From Nemertoderma westbladi (taxonomy: Eukaryota; Animalia; Xenacoelomorpha): a stretch of DNA of 64,000 nt. A model generated the notes under the pieces. The model did not search any database and was not told the origin of the DNA. It saw only the letters and a program-made list of their open reading frames with translations. The position numbers and the translations under genes are program-made. Where the stretch lies: NCBI GenBank assembly GCA_032718475.1, contig JAUCBJ010008794.1, positions 62,001 through 126,000 of the forward strand, read 5' to 3'. Of the stretch, positions 37,627-49,039 are shown piece by piece; the stretch's first letter is position 1; each line of letters starts with the position of its first letter.

Positions 37627-38869
37627 TGTAAAAGCTTTTGTGGGATAACTGATACGTTTGCCTTTGCTGGCCAGTTCCCCCCCAGGCGCTGGAATACTCT
37701 AAAAGGGTTCTCGGACTGTATATATATTCCCCTCGCCCGCAAGGTACCTTTACAGGTGTTTTAACGGACATAAAAGTAATTCTGCTATATACGTGTTTTA
37801 GTGGACATGGTAAGGCAAAAAACCTGCAATGCACCAACTACCTTTCACAGCTTAGCCGTGATAATTCATATTACGACATCTAACAGCTGGTTGCTGACAT
37901 GGAAACAGCCATTGGACGCACGGTTCTTTGTTTGGCTTGAGCCAATCAGAGCGATTTTTCCTGTCGACGTGTAGCTTTTTAGTCGATCATAAGGAGAGTG
38001 TTCAGTCTTACTGTTTTTTCTTGATACTTTGTTGTTATTGCTGTCTAAGCCAGAAACACCGGCCTTTTGGGAAGAACTCTAGTAAACTGCTTAAATTATC
38101 GAAAGTATAAACTGTTACCTACTCACTTACTCAATAAATCACTAATTAACATGCTCACTTAATTTAATTGCATTAATCATATTGTTTTTACTGTTATTTA
38201 CTGTCAGTTATTAATTGTACCTATTTGTTGATGGAAATATTGCTATTTGGATAATACGGATAAATCACCCAATTCCCAATTTTCTTGATAACACTACAGG
38301 TTAGAGAGACCGGCTATACATAACAATTGCGATTTATATTAATGTGGTGTGTATTGAATCCAATGTTATTTAGCAGACCCTACGTGAGTCAATTACTGCT
38401 CTCTTTATGTTTGATCAAATATACTGACTGTCGGCAGAATAGTGTGTATGATTGTGATTGGTAACAAAGTATTTCCTAAAGAATACGCTTTATACTTTAA
38501 TCATAAGCAGTATCGTTGCGTTTAGTATAAGTCCTAGTTCTGTTTAAATAGATAAAGCGCCACGTCCTAAAGGAACTGTTAATATTTCCCGAAAGCCAAT
38601 AATATCTGTCAGAGATTAATTATTAACGATCTATCGAATAATACATTAGGTATACACTGCAACCTTACACTGTAATAATAAAATTTAAGCATCCGAATTC
38701 AGTCTCCCGGGTGTAGATCCATCGGGTGAATGATCGCGCATGGGCTGATTTCGGCTAGTGTTTTGCGTATTAGCATAAAATATTGTCGTATGCTAAAGTG
38801 GTTTTAATTAACGAAAAGACATATAAATTTTGGCAGGTTAAACTGCTAAAGGTCTCAAAAGCGCGAACA
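37627..38869 (+). repeat. 3' LTR of copy 3
   Basis: GGGAGCGG|TGTAAAAGC...AAAAGCGCGAACA. Confidence 0.85.
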
Positions 38870-40410
38870 GGAGCAGTTAGCTGGCGTTCACCCCTAACGT
38901 GTTAGTTAGGAAGCAGTTAGCTGGCGTTCACCCCTAACGTGTTAGTTAGGAAGCAGTTAGCTGGCGTTCACCCCTAACGTGTTAGTTAGGAAGCAGTTAG
39001 CAGGCGTTCACCCCCAACGTGTTAGTTAGGGAGCAGTTAGCTGGCGTTCACCCCTAACGTGTTAGTTAGGAAGCAGTTAGCAGGCGTTCACCCCCAACGT
39101 GTTAGTTAGGAAGCAGTTAGCTGGCGTTCACCCCTAACGTGTTAGTTAGGAAGTAGTTAGCTGGCGTTCACCCCTAACGTGTTAGTTAGGAAGGAGTTAG
39201 CAGGCGTTCACCCCCAACGTGTTAGTTAGGAAGCAGTTAGCAGGCGTTCACCCCCAACGTGTTAGTTAGGGAGCAGTTAGCTGGCGTTCACCCCTAACGT
39301 GTTAGTTAGGAAGCAGTTAGCAGGCGTTTACCCCCAACGTGTTAGTTAGGGAGCAGTTAGCTGGCGTTCACCCCTAACGTGTTAGTTAGGAAGCAGTTAG
39401 CAGGCGTTCACCCCCAACGTGTTAGTTAGGAAGCAGTTAGCTGGCGTTCACCCCTAACGTGTTAGTTAGGAAGCAGTTAGCTGGCGTTCACCACTAACGT
39501 GTTAGTTAGGAAGCAGTTAGCTGGCGTTCACCCCCAACGTGTTAGTTAGGGAGCAGTTAGCTGGCGTTCACCCCCATCGTGTTAGTTAAGGAGCAGTTAG
39601 CTGGCGTTCACCCCTAACGTGTTAGTTAGGAAGCAGTTAGCAGGCGTTCACCCCTAACGTGTTAGTTAGGGAGCAGTTAGCTGGCGTTCACCCCTAACGT
39701 GTTAGTTAGGAAGCAGTTAGCTGGCGTTCACCCCTAACGTGTTAGTTAAGAAGCAGTTAGCTGGCGTTTACCCCTAACGTGTTAGTTAGGAAGCAGTTAG
39801 CTGGCGTTCACCCCTAACGTGTTAGTTAGGAAGCATTTAGCTGGCGTTCACCCCTAACGTGTTAGTTAGGAAGCAGTTAGCTGGCGTTCACCCCCAACGT
39901 GTTAGTTAGGAAGCAGTTAGCTGGCGTTCACCCCTAACGTGTTAGTTAGGAAGCAGTTAGCAGGCGTTCACCCCCAACGTGTTAGTTAGGGAGCAGTTAG
40001 CTGGCGTTCACCCATAACGTGATAGTTAGGAAGCAGTTAGCAGGCGTTCACCCCCAACGTGTTAGTTAGGGAGCAGTTAGCTGGCGTTCACCCCTAACGT
40101 GTTAGTTAGGAAACAGTTAGCTGGCGTTCACCCCCAACGTGTTAGTTAGGAAGCAGTTAGCTGGCGTTCACCCATAACGTGTTAGTTAGGAAGCAGTTAG
40201 CTGGCGTTCACCCCTAACGTGTTAGTTAGGAAGCAGTTAGCAGGCGTTCACCCCCAACGTGTTAGTTAGGAAGCAGTTAGCTGGCGTTCACCCCTAACGT
40301 GTTAGTTAGGAAGCAGTTAGCTGGCGTTCACCCCTAACGTGTTAGTTAGGAAGCAGTTAGCTGGCGTTCACCCCCAACATGTTAGTTAGGGAGCAGTTAG
40401 CTGGCGTTCA
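38870..40410. repeat. 40-bp minisatellite, ~38 units
   Basis: Unit GGRAGCAGTTAGCWGGCGTTCACCCCYAACGTGTTAGTTA. Confidence 0.97.
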
Positions 40411-43400
40411 GTCCCGCGGTCTTTGATAGCATCAATAGTGACGCCGTGCTCTCCTGTGTACTCCACTCCCACGGTTCCCCAGGTCCCTCCGGCCTCGATG
40501 CAGACGCCTGGCGACGCGCCATGACAGCCTTCGGTAATGTATCCTGCGACCTTAGGAAGGCCGTGGCAGGGGTAGCGAGGCGTTTGGCGACGGAACTCAT
40601 CGACTCCGCGAGTTTACTTCCCTACAACGCGAGTCGGTTAGTGCCACTCGATAAACAACCAGGGGTTCGACCAATTGGTGTGGGCGAGGTATTACGGAGG
40701 ATTATTGGGAAGGTGGTCGGGAGGATAGCGAAGTTCGACCTTGGTGAGCTGGCGGGTAACACCCAACTGTGTGCGGGGCAAGTCGGTGGTATAGAACACG
40801 CTGTGCATGCCCTACGGGAACACTTTGAACAGCCTGAATGCGACGGCCTCCTTTTGATTGACGCAAAGAATGCGTTCAACGCCTTGAATCGCCGTTTAAC
40901 CCTTCTGAACTGCCAGGTACTTTGTCCAGTTCTCTTCACCATCCTAACCAATTCCTATCGGGAACCGTCGCCGCTTTTCGTAGGAAATGACGTTATCTGG
41001 TCGCAAGAGGGGTCAACCCAAGGGGATTCTCTGGCGATGCAGATGTTTGCAGTCGGCACATTGCCAATGGTTAAGAAACTAGAACCTATTCTTATGAATT
41101 GCCACACGTATGTGGCTTCCCCCGTCCAACCTTTGGGTTCCCCCCACCAACCTTCGGGTCCCCCCCTCAAACCGGCGGGTTTCCACATCCAACCGGCGGT
41201 TCCCCCCCTCCAACCTCCGGATTCCCCCCTCCAACCGGTGGGCTCCCCATGCCAACCGGTGGGCTCCCCCCTCCAACCGGTGGGCCCCCCGCTCCAACCA
41301 GTGGGTTCCCCCCTCCAACCCTCGGTTTCCCCTCTCCAAAATTCGGGCTCCCCCCTCAAACCTTCGGGTTCCCCCCTCCAACCTTCGGATTCCCCCCTCA
41401 AACCTTCGGGCTCCCCCCTCGAATGGGCGGTTTCCCCCCTTCAACCATCGGGTTCCCCCCTCCAACCTTTGGGTTCCCCCCTCCAAACTTCGGGCTCCCC
41501 CCTCAAACCTTTGGGTTCCCTCATCAAACCTACGGGTCCCCCGCTCCAACCGGCGGGTTCCACCCTCCAACCTTCGGGTCCCCACCCCCAACCGGTGGGT
41601 TCACCCCTCCAACCATCGGGTTCCCCCCTCCAATCCTCGGGTCCCCCCCTCCAACCATCAGGTCCCCTCCTTCAACTATCGGGTTCCCCCCTCCAACATT
41701 TGGGTTCCCCCCTCCAACTATCGGGTTCCCCCTTCCAATTTCCGGGTTCCCCCTTCCAACCTTTGGGTTCCCCCCTCCAACCTTCGGGTTCCCCCCTCCA
41801 ACAGGCGGGTTCCCCCTTCCAACCGGTGGGTTCCCCCCTCCAACCGGAGGGTTCCCCCCTCCAACCGGTGGTTTCTCCCCTCCAACTGGCGGGTTCCCCC
41901 CTCCAACCAGGGGGTTCCCCCCTCCAACCTTCGGGTTCCCCCCTCCAACCGGCGGGTCCCCCCCAACAACCATTGGGTTCCCCCCTCCCAACGGCGGGAT
42001 CCAAATTCCAACAGGCGGGTTCCCCCCTCCAACAGGCGGGTTGCCCCCTCCAACAGGCAGGTTCCCCCCTACAACCACAACCGGCGGTTTCCCCCCTACA
42101 ACCGGCGGTCTCCTCCACCCAACCAGGGGTTTACCCAGACCGAGAGGCGGTTTCATCGGATCCGATGACCTTTCCGGGTATCCACAAGTGGTATGCGGAT
42201 GATGGCAGCGCTGCTGGTAACCTCGGAATGCTACGTGACTATTGGGAGGAAGCGGCTACCATCGGGCCTGGCTATGGATATTACCCCACAAAGGCATTTC
42301 TTATTGTGAAGAACTCAAAGCGCGAAGAGGCCAACGCGATTTTCTCTGGCCTCCCTGTTGAAGTGGTCGATGGTCATCGAGTCCTGGAGTCCGTAATAGG
42401 GTCCACATCCTACTGTGCTGGGTATCTGGAGAAGCGAGTTGATGTCATCTGTCGCCAACTAAAACACCTCAACGATTTCGCAGTGACTGCTCCCCACCCC
42501 GCGTACGGATGCCTGGTCCGTGGCTTACAGCCGAAGGTAAACTTCTTGGCTCGCACCACACCCGGGTTAGTCGATCACTTGGATCGAGTTGAGGAAACAC
42601 TCTCCAGCACAGTCATCCCGACACTCACTGGCAGATACCCACCCGGCCTTTCGGAACGACAGCTGCTGGCACTCCCTGTGAGGGAGGGGGGGCTAGCTAT
42701 AAATCAACCTCAGGATGAGGTGGAAAGCTATGAGAAGTCGTTGCGACTCTGCGAGCCCCTACGGTGTTCGGACCCAGCCGCTCGTACAACACAGCAGACC
42801 ATCCTGCGTGAGATCCGCAAGGAGCAGGATGAGGTTGTGAAGACTCGATGTGTGGCGGTTGATGCTCAACTGTCCGGAGACGCCCTCTACCATCGGACAC
42901 TGGCGAAGGAGCGTGGAGCGTTAGCATGGCTCTCGGCCCTACCCATTTCCAGATACAACTTTTCCCTACACAAATCCGCTTTCCGGGATGCGTTGTGTCT
43001 GCGATTTGGGTGGGAGCCCCCGAGGCTGCCCGCCAACTGCTCCTGCGGTGCTGTATTCACCATCTCCCACTCCCTTCACTGCCCTATGGGAGCCTACCCG
43101 ATCCTGCGGCACAACGAGGTCCGCGATTTCCCCGCCGAGCTCCTCAGCGAGGTCGCACACGACGTTGAGGTGGAACCCCATCTCCAGCCGATCGAGGGCG
43201 AGTTTTCCGCCTGAGATCTGCTACGGTAGACCCGGAGGCCCGTCTGGACGTTGCGGCGAGTGGGCTGTGGGGTGGGCGCTTCGAGCGGGTGTATATCGAC
43301 GTCAAGGTATTCAACCCTCTGTGCTCCTCCAATCCTCGCTCCATGGATGCTGCTTACAGCAAACATGAACGAGAGAAACGGAGGAAGTACGAGGAGAGAA

Positions 43401-43824
43401 TCAATGACATCGAGCACGCCGGCTTCTCGCCTTTTGTAATTGCTACAACTGGTGGGGCCAGCCGCTCAGCCCACGCGCTCCTCACACGCATTGCGCTCCT
43501 ACTGTCGGCGAAACGGGATGCTCCCTACTCGCAGACTCTCTCCCTCATCAGGACTCGGTTGAGTTTCGCCCTCCTCCGTTCCTCCATCATGTGCCTCCGG
43601 GGCGCACGGAAGCCGAAGGCTAGGCTGGCAACGAGACAGACGATGCGGGAGACCGGCGTGAGCGCGGCTGTAGCCGAGGCTGGGATTGCATTAAATAGTT
43701 TCAACAATAATTATTAATTACCTACAATTTGTTGACATTAATTCATTATGCTGCTTGTTTGTTAATGTTTATTTTATTTGTAATTGAAATAAAGAAAAGG
43801 AAAAAAAAAAAAAAAAAAAAAAAA
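40407..43824 (+). mobile_element. 5'-truncated CRE-clade non-LTR retrotransposon (RT, Zn finger, RLE endonuclease, poly-A)
   Basis: GPSG, VRPIGVGEVLRR, DAKNAFN, QGDSL, WYADD, CSCG..H..C, RHNEVRD, ARLDV...IDVKV; frameshift near 43205; AATAAA and A-tail at ~43788-43824. Confidence 0.88.
41115..42130 (+). repeat. 21-bp minisatellite (~48 units) inside the CRE RT, reading GSPLQPS
   Basis: Unit GGTTCCCCCCTCCAACCNNNG lies between the QGD and YADD motifs. Confidence 0.95.
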
Positions 43825-44539
43825 TGTATTCCTGACAAACAAGTATGTCAGTGCATTACTTGGCCACAGTGATGAGCTACAAATTGCACATGGAGCCTTG
43901 TATGTATTACAAGTTCACTGCCTGTAACAGTGTTTGCCATAACACTGCAATGTTACAAAATTTGTAACTCCTAACTGCAAACATAATACTTATTCCTTAC
44001 ATTTTTATTTTCTCGAGCTTGGTTTCTCCTTATTTATGAGTGTGTAAATAGTGTCTAAATAGATAAATATACCCCTGCGTGTTAATTCATTATTGTTGCT
44101 ATGTAAAACATCTGTCGTTAAGATAAATAGTGTTCTAGAAAAAATTGCTCAATGCGGACTATGTGAAATATAACATAATTTCAAATGGTTTATACCAGTT
44201 AACACTTTCAGCAAAAAAACTGCAGTCATACCCAATTTGAACGGTGGTCGGTACTGTCTACTTGACTATTATGTTTAATGGATTAAACTTAAAGTAGATA
44301 AGTGGAACTTACCTAAATTAGTTAAATTAAGTATTTATGCAACTAACTTAGATGCTGACGTATAATTTTATGTCGAAAAATGATGAAAATGATGAAAAAG
44401 ATCAAGCATCAAGATCAGTGATCAAGATGCGAATTTTATATAACATTGTGGCCTTTTGATGTTGTGATGCTGACTAAGATACGATAATAACATGGTTTGT
44501 TTATCAAATCAACGTTTCTACAATATTATTGTGAGATAT

Positions 44540-46239
44540 TTAATAAGATAGGGCAATGATTACACCAAATATTAACCCACATGACTGCAATAAGGTTGAT
44601 ATTGCAGAAAAACCTGAGTGAGATGTAAAGACTGGCGATCCTGCGTTTATACCAATTCCATTCTCATTTTTTTGCGAAATATCTGCACTTTCAATGACTT
44701 CTTGTTCCTTGTCTGCAGTCTCACTGACTTCGTTTGCCTTAACTTCAGTTTCAATGATTTCGTGAATATCATCTGCAGTCTCACTGGCATCAGTTGTAGA
44801 AACAAGCGAGGGTTTAATTGTTGGATTTTTTAATTGTGGAACATCAGAAGAAGTTGATTGTGAATCTGAGTGATTGTCATCCATCCCATTTTGGTATAGT
44901 TTTCGTAGAACCCCTTCAGGGAGTTCTCTAGTCCCGTGCATCTGTACACTCCAGTCCCTGAGCGCGACATCTCCTCGTGGGTTATCCTTGGACGTGATTG
45001 TTAATGTCCACCTCCCGGAAGGGTTCTCGCCCCAGTTGTGGGTCGTCATAAAGGGCCATCTGATGAACCCCCTATTCGTGGAGTCAGCCGACCTGTAACC
45101 TAGCAACTCGGACCGCGTACCTCGCGGGGAATCGAGGAAGATTCGTAAGTTCCCTCGTTTAGGCGCATCCACTGTAACTAAGCTCTGTACGTGTTCTAGA
45201 AACCGGACCTGACCACTCTCGGCGTTCTGACACCCGTCGGTGTCGATGTAGAACCTCATCGATTTTCCCGCAGGGAACCGACGCGTGTCGTTGTTCCACC
45301 TCTCGCTGCATACCCGTTTCCCTGGCAACGTCATCCACGTCTGCGCCAACTCGACCATAGCTTTAGCGTCGACCAATCCGTAGCCGTAATTATTACTCAC
45401 CCATCGTCCGACCCCATTCAACTTCCAGTCCCCTGTAGAGAGATGCCGTCGCCGAGAGGTTAGCATTATGATGTACTGCATATCGCGCCAGGTGAGACTG
45501 GGGTTGGCCTCTAGGGTGAGGGCGCAGACGCCAGCGACCAGAGGTGCAGCCGCCGAGGTGCCGGAATGACCGGAAGTGCACCCGTTGCGGAGATCCGTGG
45601 TAACGATTCGTCCTTCACGGTGGTTGCCGCTGCTGTACGCGGTCGCCAGCGTCGAACTGCACGGCTCGCTGTAATACGGGACCCGACCTTCTTCCGACGC
45701 GGCGCTGATACTAATAGTGTAGATACTCGCAGTGTAACCATCGCAACTGCATTCGTCGCCTCTTCCTCTTCCGTTCCCGGACGCCCACACGAATATGGAA
45801 CCCAATCCGTGTCGACCCCGACTAGCTCCCTCGGAGAGCGCCAACCTCGCCGCCCGATCCGGCCCTTCCACCACCCGGCCGTCGTCCTCCGGCCCCCAGC
45901 TCGACGAGTAAACGTCCACGTGCTGCCGCTTGTACCCCAACGCGAAGGCCTCAACCGCGTCCGTTACTTCCCCGTCCAACATCTGTAAGCCGCCGATTCG
46001 CGAGCGGAACGCCACCCCGATGGAACAGACTCCGTTGCCGCCCACCGCCGCCACCTCCCCAGCGCACCGAGTTCCATGACGGTTCTCGTACTGGTTGCCT
46101 GACAACCGGTTGTACCTGGGGGTTGGGTCGTGATCAGAGTTGATGACGTCATAGCTGGCCTTCGGGTCGTAATTCGCGGCGAGGTCTCGATGTTTACTTT
46201 CTATTCCGTCATCGAGAATTGAAACAACAACTCCTTTAC
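44540..46239 (-). CDS. Furin/kexin-like proprotein convertase, exon 2 (S8 catalytic domain, P domain, acidic stalk, hydrophobic C-terminus)
   Basis: Acceptor cctgcag|GT AAA; ILDDG (Asp), HGTRCAG (His), WASGNG (Asn), GTSAAAP (Ser); P domain LEHVQ...RGNL...WGE.P.G.W.L. Confidence 0.95.
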
Positions 46240-47662
46240 CTGCAGGAATGTAATTTGTAATTTATAAATGTATTCTTCTAACAGTTCTAAACAAACAAAA
46301 TTTTAGTTTAAATTTCATTTTAACTTTAAATTTACCTGGTGCAGATGTAACAATTTAAATCTCGGTAGGTCTTGATTTCAAAACTGAAAGTATATAATAT
46401 CCTTATACGGTACATAATCAGATGGGGGGGGGGGGGGGGGGGTCTCTTTAACGCAATTTACAGGTGATTGCACCCAAAATTGAAACTGTGCTATTGTCTT
46501 TCGGTTATAATTTTGGTTAGAAATGTCACTGTAAGTTGTTTCTTTCCCTTAGTAGATATTTAACATTGTTAATTCACCGATAAAAGATTTTACTTGCATG
46601 GGCAATTGCATTCCATAATCGAGAAACCGCTTCATTGGAGAGCCAACGAGTATTCCAACATTTCCTAGAGAATGTAGCTTAAAGCCTGAGTAATACTTTT
46701 GTGGCCTCTACAATTGTTTCTCTGCGGCACACTTTGATACTTGTTCCGAGGAAGGAAAGTTATCGGCTCGGCGTGATCAGGGTACCATTTATGTTTAAAA
46801 ACGGCGGTATGATGTCAAGTTACTGCTCTTGTTTCCCAAAATAAATGACCATTCGGTTTTTGTAGGTGAAATATTTGATCTTATTTAGTTCCTCGATGAC
46901 AATATCCAGCATAACTTACATCTCCGTGGCGTTCCGTGCAATAAGCATGATGTATTCTGCGTAACAGAGAAAGCCCAGCCAGATAACTTTGTTATACTAT
47001 GTAACTCTACTATGTGGATTGTTTAATCCGATTCTAGAATATGGACTATAAATATTTTGATTAATACAACCCGGGTGGGTTAACTCGAGTACCACTATCT
47101 GGCTGAATGGATTTCGTATTATCTACGCATAATTGTATAATTATCGTGCAATTGATTAATTTGTTAAACGCAAGGTCATTGACCAATGACCATATGCATT
47201 GTAATATATATAACATGTTATTGTATTGTGTTGTAACACGTTTAACCTCACATACCGATTCATTGCGGTTATTCCTGATTACAAATCAGCAATGAATTTG
47301 ATTTCGTTTGAAATGTTGGATCTGTATGGCCGTTGGCCTACTTTTATTTTGTGCATAACTGATTAAATAGTTTTAACTCCATGTCCATGTAACCTAGGTT
47401 ACATTTAGTCTAATACTAGTACCCTCAAGGTAATTTTTAGCCGGACTATTATACAAGTTTTATAAGTCTTATTGGTATCTGTATAACCTTTAGCTATGGA
47501 CAGTGTTTCTGGTTATTTTAATGTTTTATCTGCCAATTTTACTGAATAAATGCCGGCTAGACCGGGCGCAACAAGTTAATAAAAAAATTATTGTCCCATG
47601 GCCAGTTTTATCGAGCGTCAGTAGGACATTGTTTGTATAAACCAGGAATAAAAATGGCGAAA

Positions 47663-47774
47663 GAATCTAGCCCTGTTTCACACCCTTAGTGAATCTAGCC
47701 CTGTTTCACACCCTTAGTGAATCTAGCCCTGTTTCACACCCTTAGTGAATCTAGCCCTGTTTCACACCCTTAGT
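47663..47774. repeat. 4 x 28-bp tandem duplication of the RT motif TKGVKQG
   Basis: GAATCTAGCCCTGTTTCACACCCTTAGT x4. Confidence 0.95.
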
Positions 47775-48097
47775 TAGAATAATTCCTTGGTGACTTATTA
47801 GTAGGTCGAAATTCAAGTAAGCGCATGTATTAGAATAATAATGAGCTAGAAGAAGCCAGATGTTGGGGTTCAGGACCTCCTTCAGTTTGTCGAACAGGAT
47901 GGTAGAGTCAACCCTGTCGAAAGCAGCAGTCATGTCGAACCGGCATAAGATAGCAGTAGTCTGACCTTGTTGCCTCTGTTCTTCCAGGACTTCGAGAAGA
48001 CCACTCTGTGTTTGTATGTGGAAGGAATGAACTCCGTTGGTTGACTAAAATTGGTTTGGCAGCTTGGTCTGGACATTGGTTGTTGTAAAACACTTTA

Positions 48098-49039
48098 TAG
48101 GCGAGTCAATCTAGCCGAAAAAAGGGGTCAACCCATAACAAATTCGCAATTCATCCAAACCAATTTATTTTTATTCTACATTACCTTGTTAATACCCCCA
48201 AAAAAGTCTATAAAAATATATTATGCGGATCCCCTTCAATTTCCTGTTTCTTTCCTTAGCAACATGGATTTTACATAGCAACAAGGGGTCTATTAGTGGG
48301 ATTTTCTCCAAATTTGGTACAAACAAACGCTAGAAGACGGGAAGCAACGGAAATTTGTCTAATAATTTAACCATTTTTAATATCAATTTTGCTGGTACAA
48401 TATAAGGACCTTATTTACACAACTTCTCTACTAAACGGGTGGATGTAACCTCGCCCATCGGATTTATCGACCTCAAAAACCTGTATCCCCAAAAAATTTA
48501 TTTGTTATAAAATAAACTATTGTGGTTTTCAAACTAAAACAAATAAATAAATTACACCTAAAATCAATAGAGCAATCACAATTTAATTATGTGAAAAATC
48601 TTCACTAACATTAATGGAAATTATAAAATTTCCTTGCTGTGGAATTGTATAATTTTTTTACAACAGTTACCTTAATATATCGTGAAGTTTTTGATATATT
48701 TAAAAATTTGATGCGACTTCTAGTTCCGAGATATACCAATTAATGTGTAACACGCCAGTGTAAATATTACTAATTTTACATTGAATCACAGCTTATTGTG
48801 AAATTAATCAAATTATTCTGGAACATCACCAATTTGCTACTTACTTTTCCCTACTGTTCCATTTGTTTGGCTTGTCTTATGCAAATTTACGCAGAATTTC
48901 CATGAATAAACATATGATCCGCAAAATAAACTTTTATAGACTTTTTTTTGGTAATTAATAAGGTAATATAGAATCCAAAATGTGTGGTTCGGATTGATTG
49001 CGAAATACTTATGGGTTTTTTGCTAGATTGACTCGACTA
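48098..49039. mobile_element. PIF/Harbinger-type MITE
   Basis: TIRs TAGGCGAGTCAATCTAGC / GCTAGATTGACTCGACTA with long imperfect extensions; TTA TSD. Removing it restores the LINE frame PIATVSILAKVF. Confidence 0.85.

Noticed and set aside
38870-40410. CRISPR-like array (also 16313-17107 and 51272-57654)
   Set aside because: Units are head-to-tail with no unique spacers, there are no cas genes, and the context is eukaryotic.
38870-40410. Telomere
   Set aside because: TTAGG/CCCTAA words are isolated within a 40-bp unit, and the array is internal.
41099-42202. Gly/Pro-rich structural protein in alternative frames (GFPPPT)
   Set aside because: Shadow frames of the repeat; the flanks are RT in a different frame.
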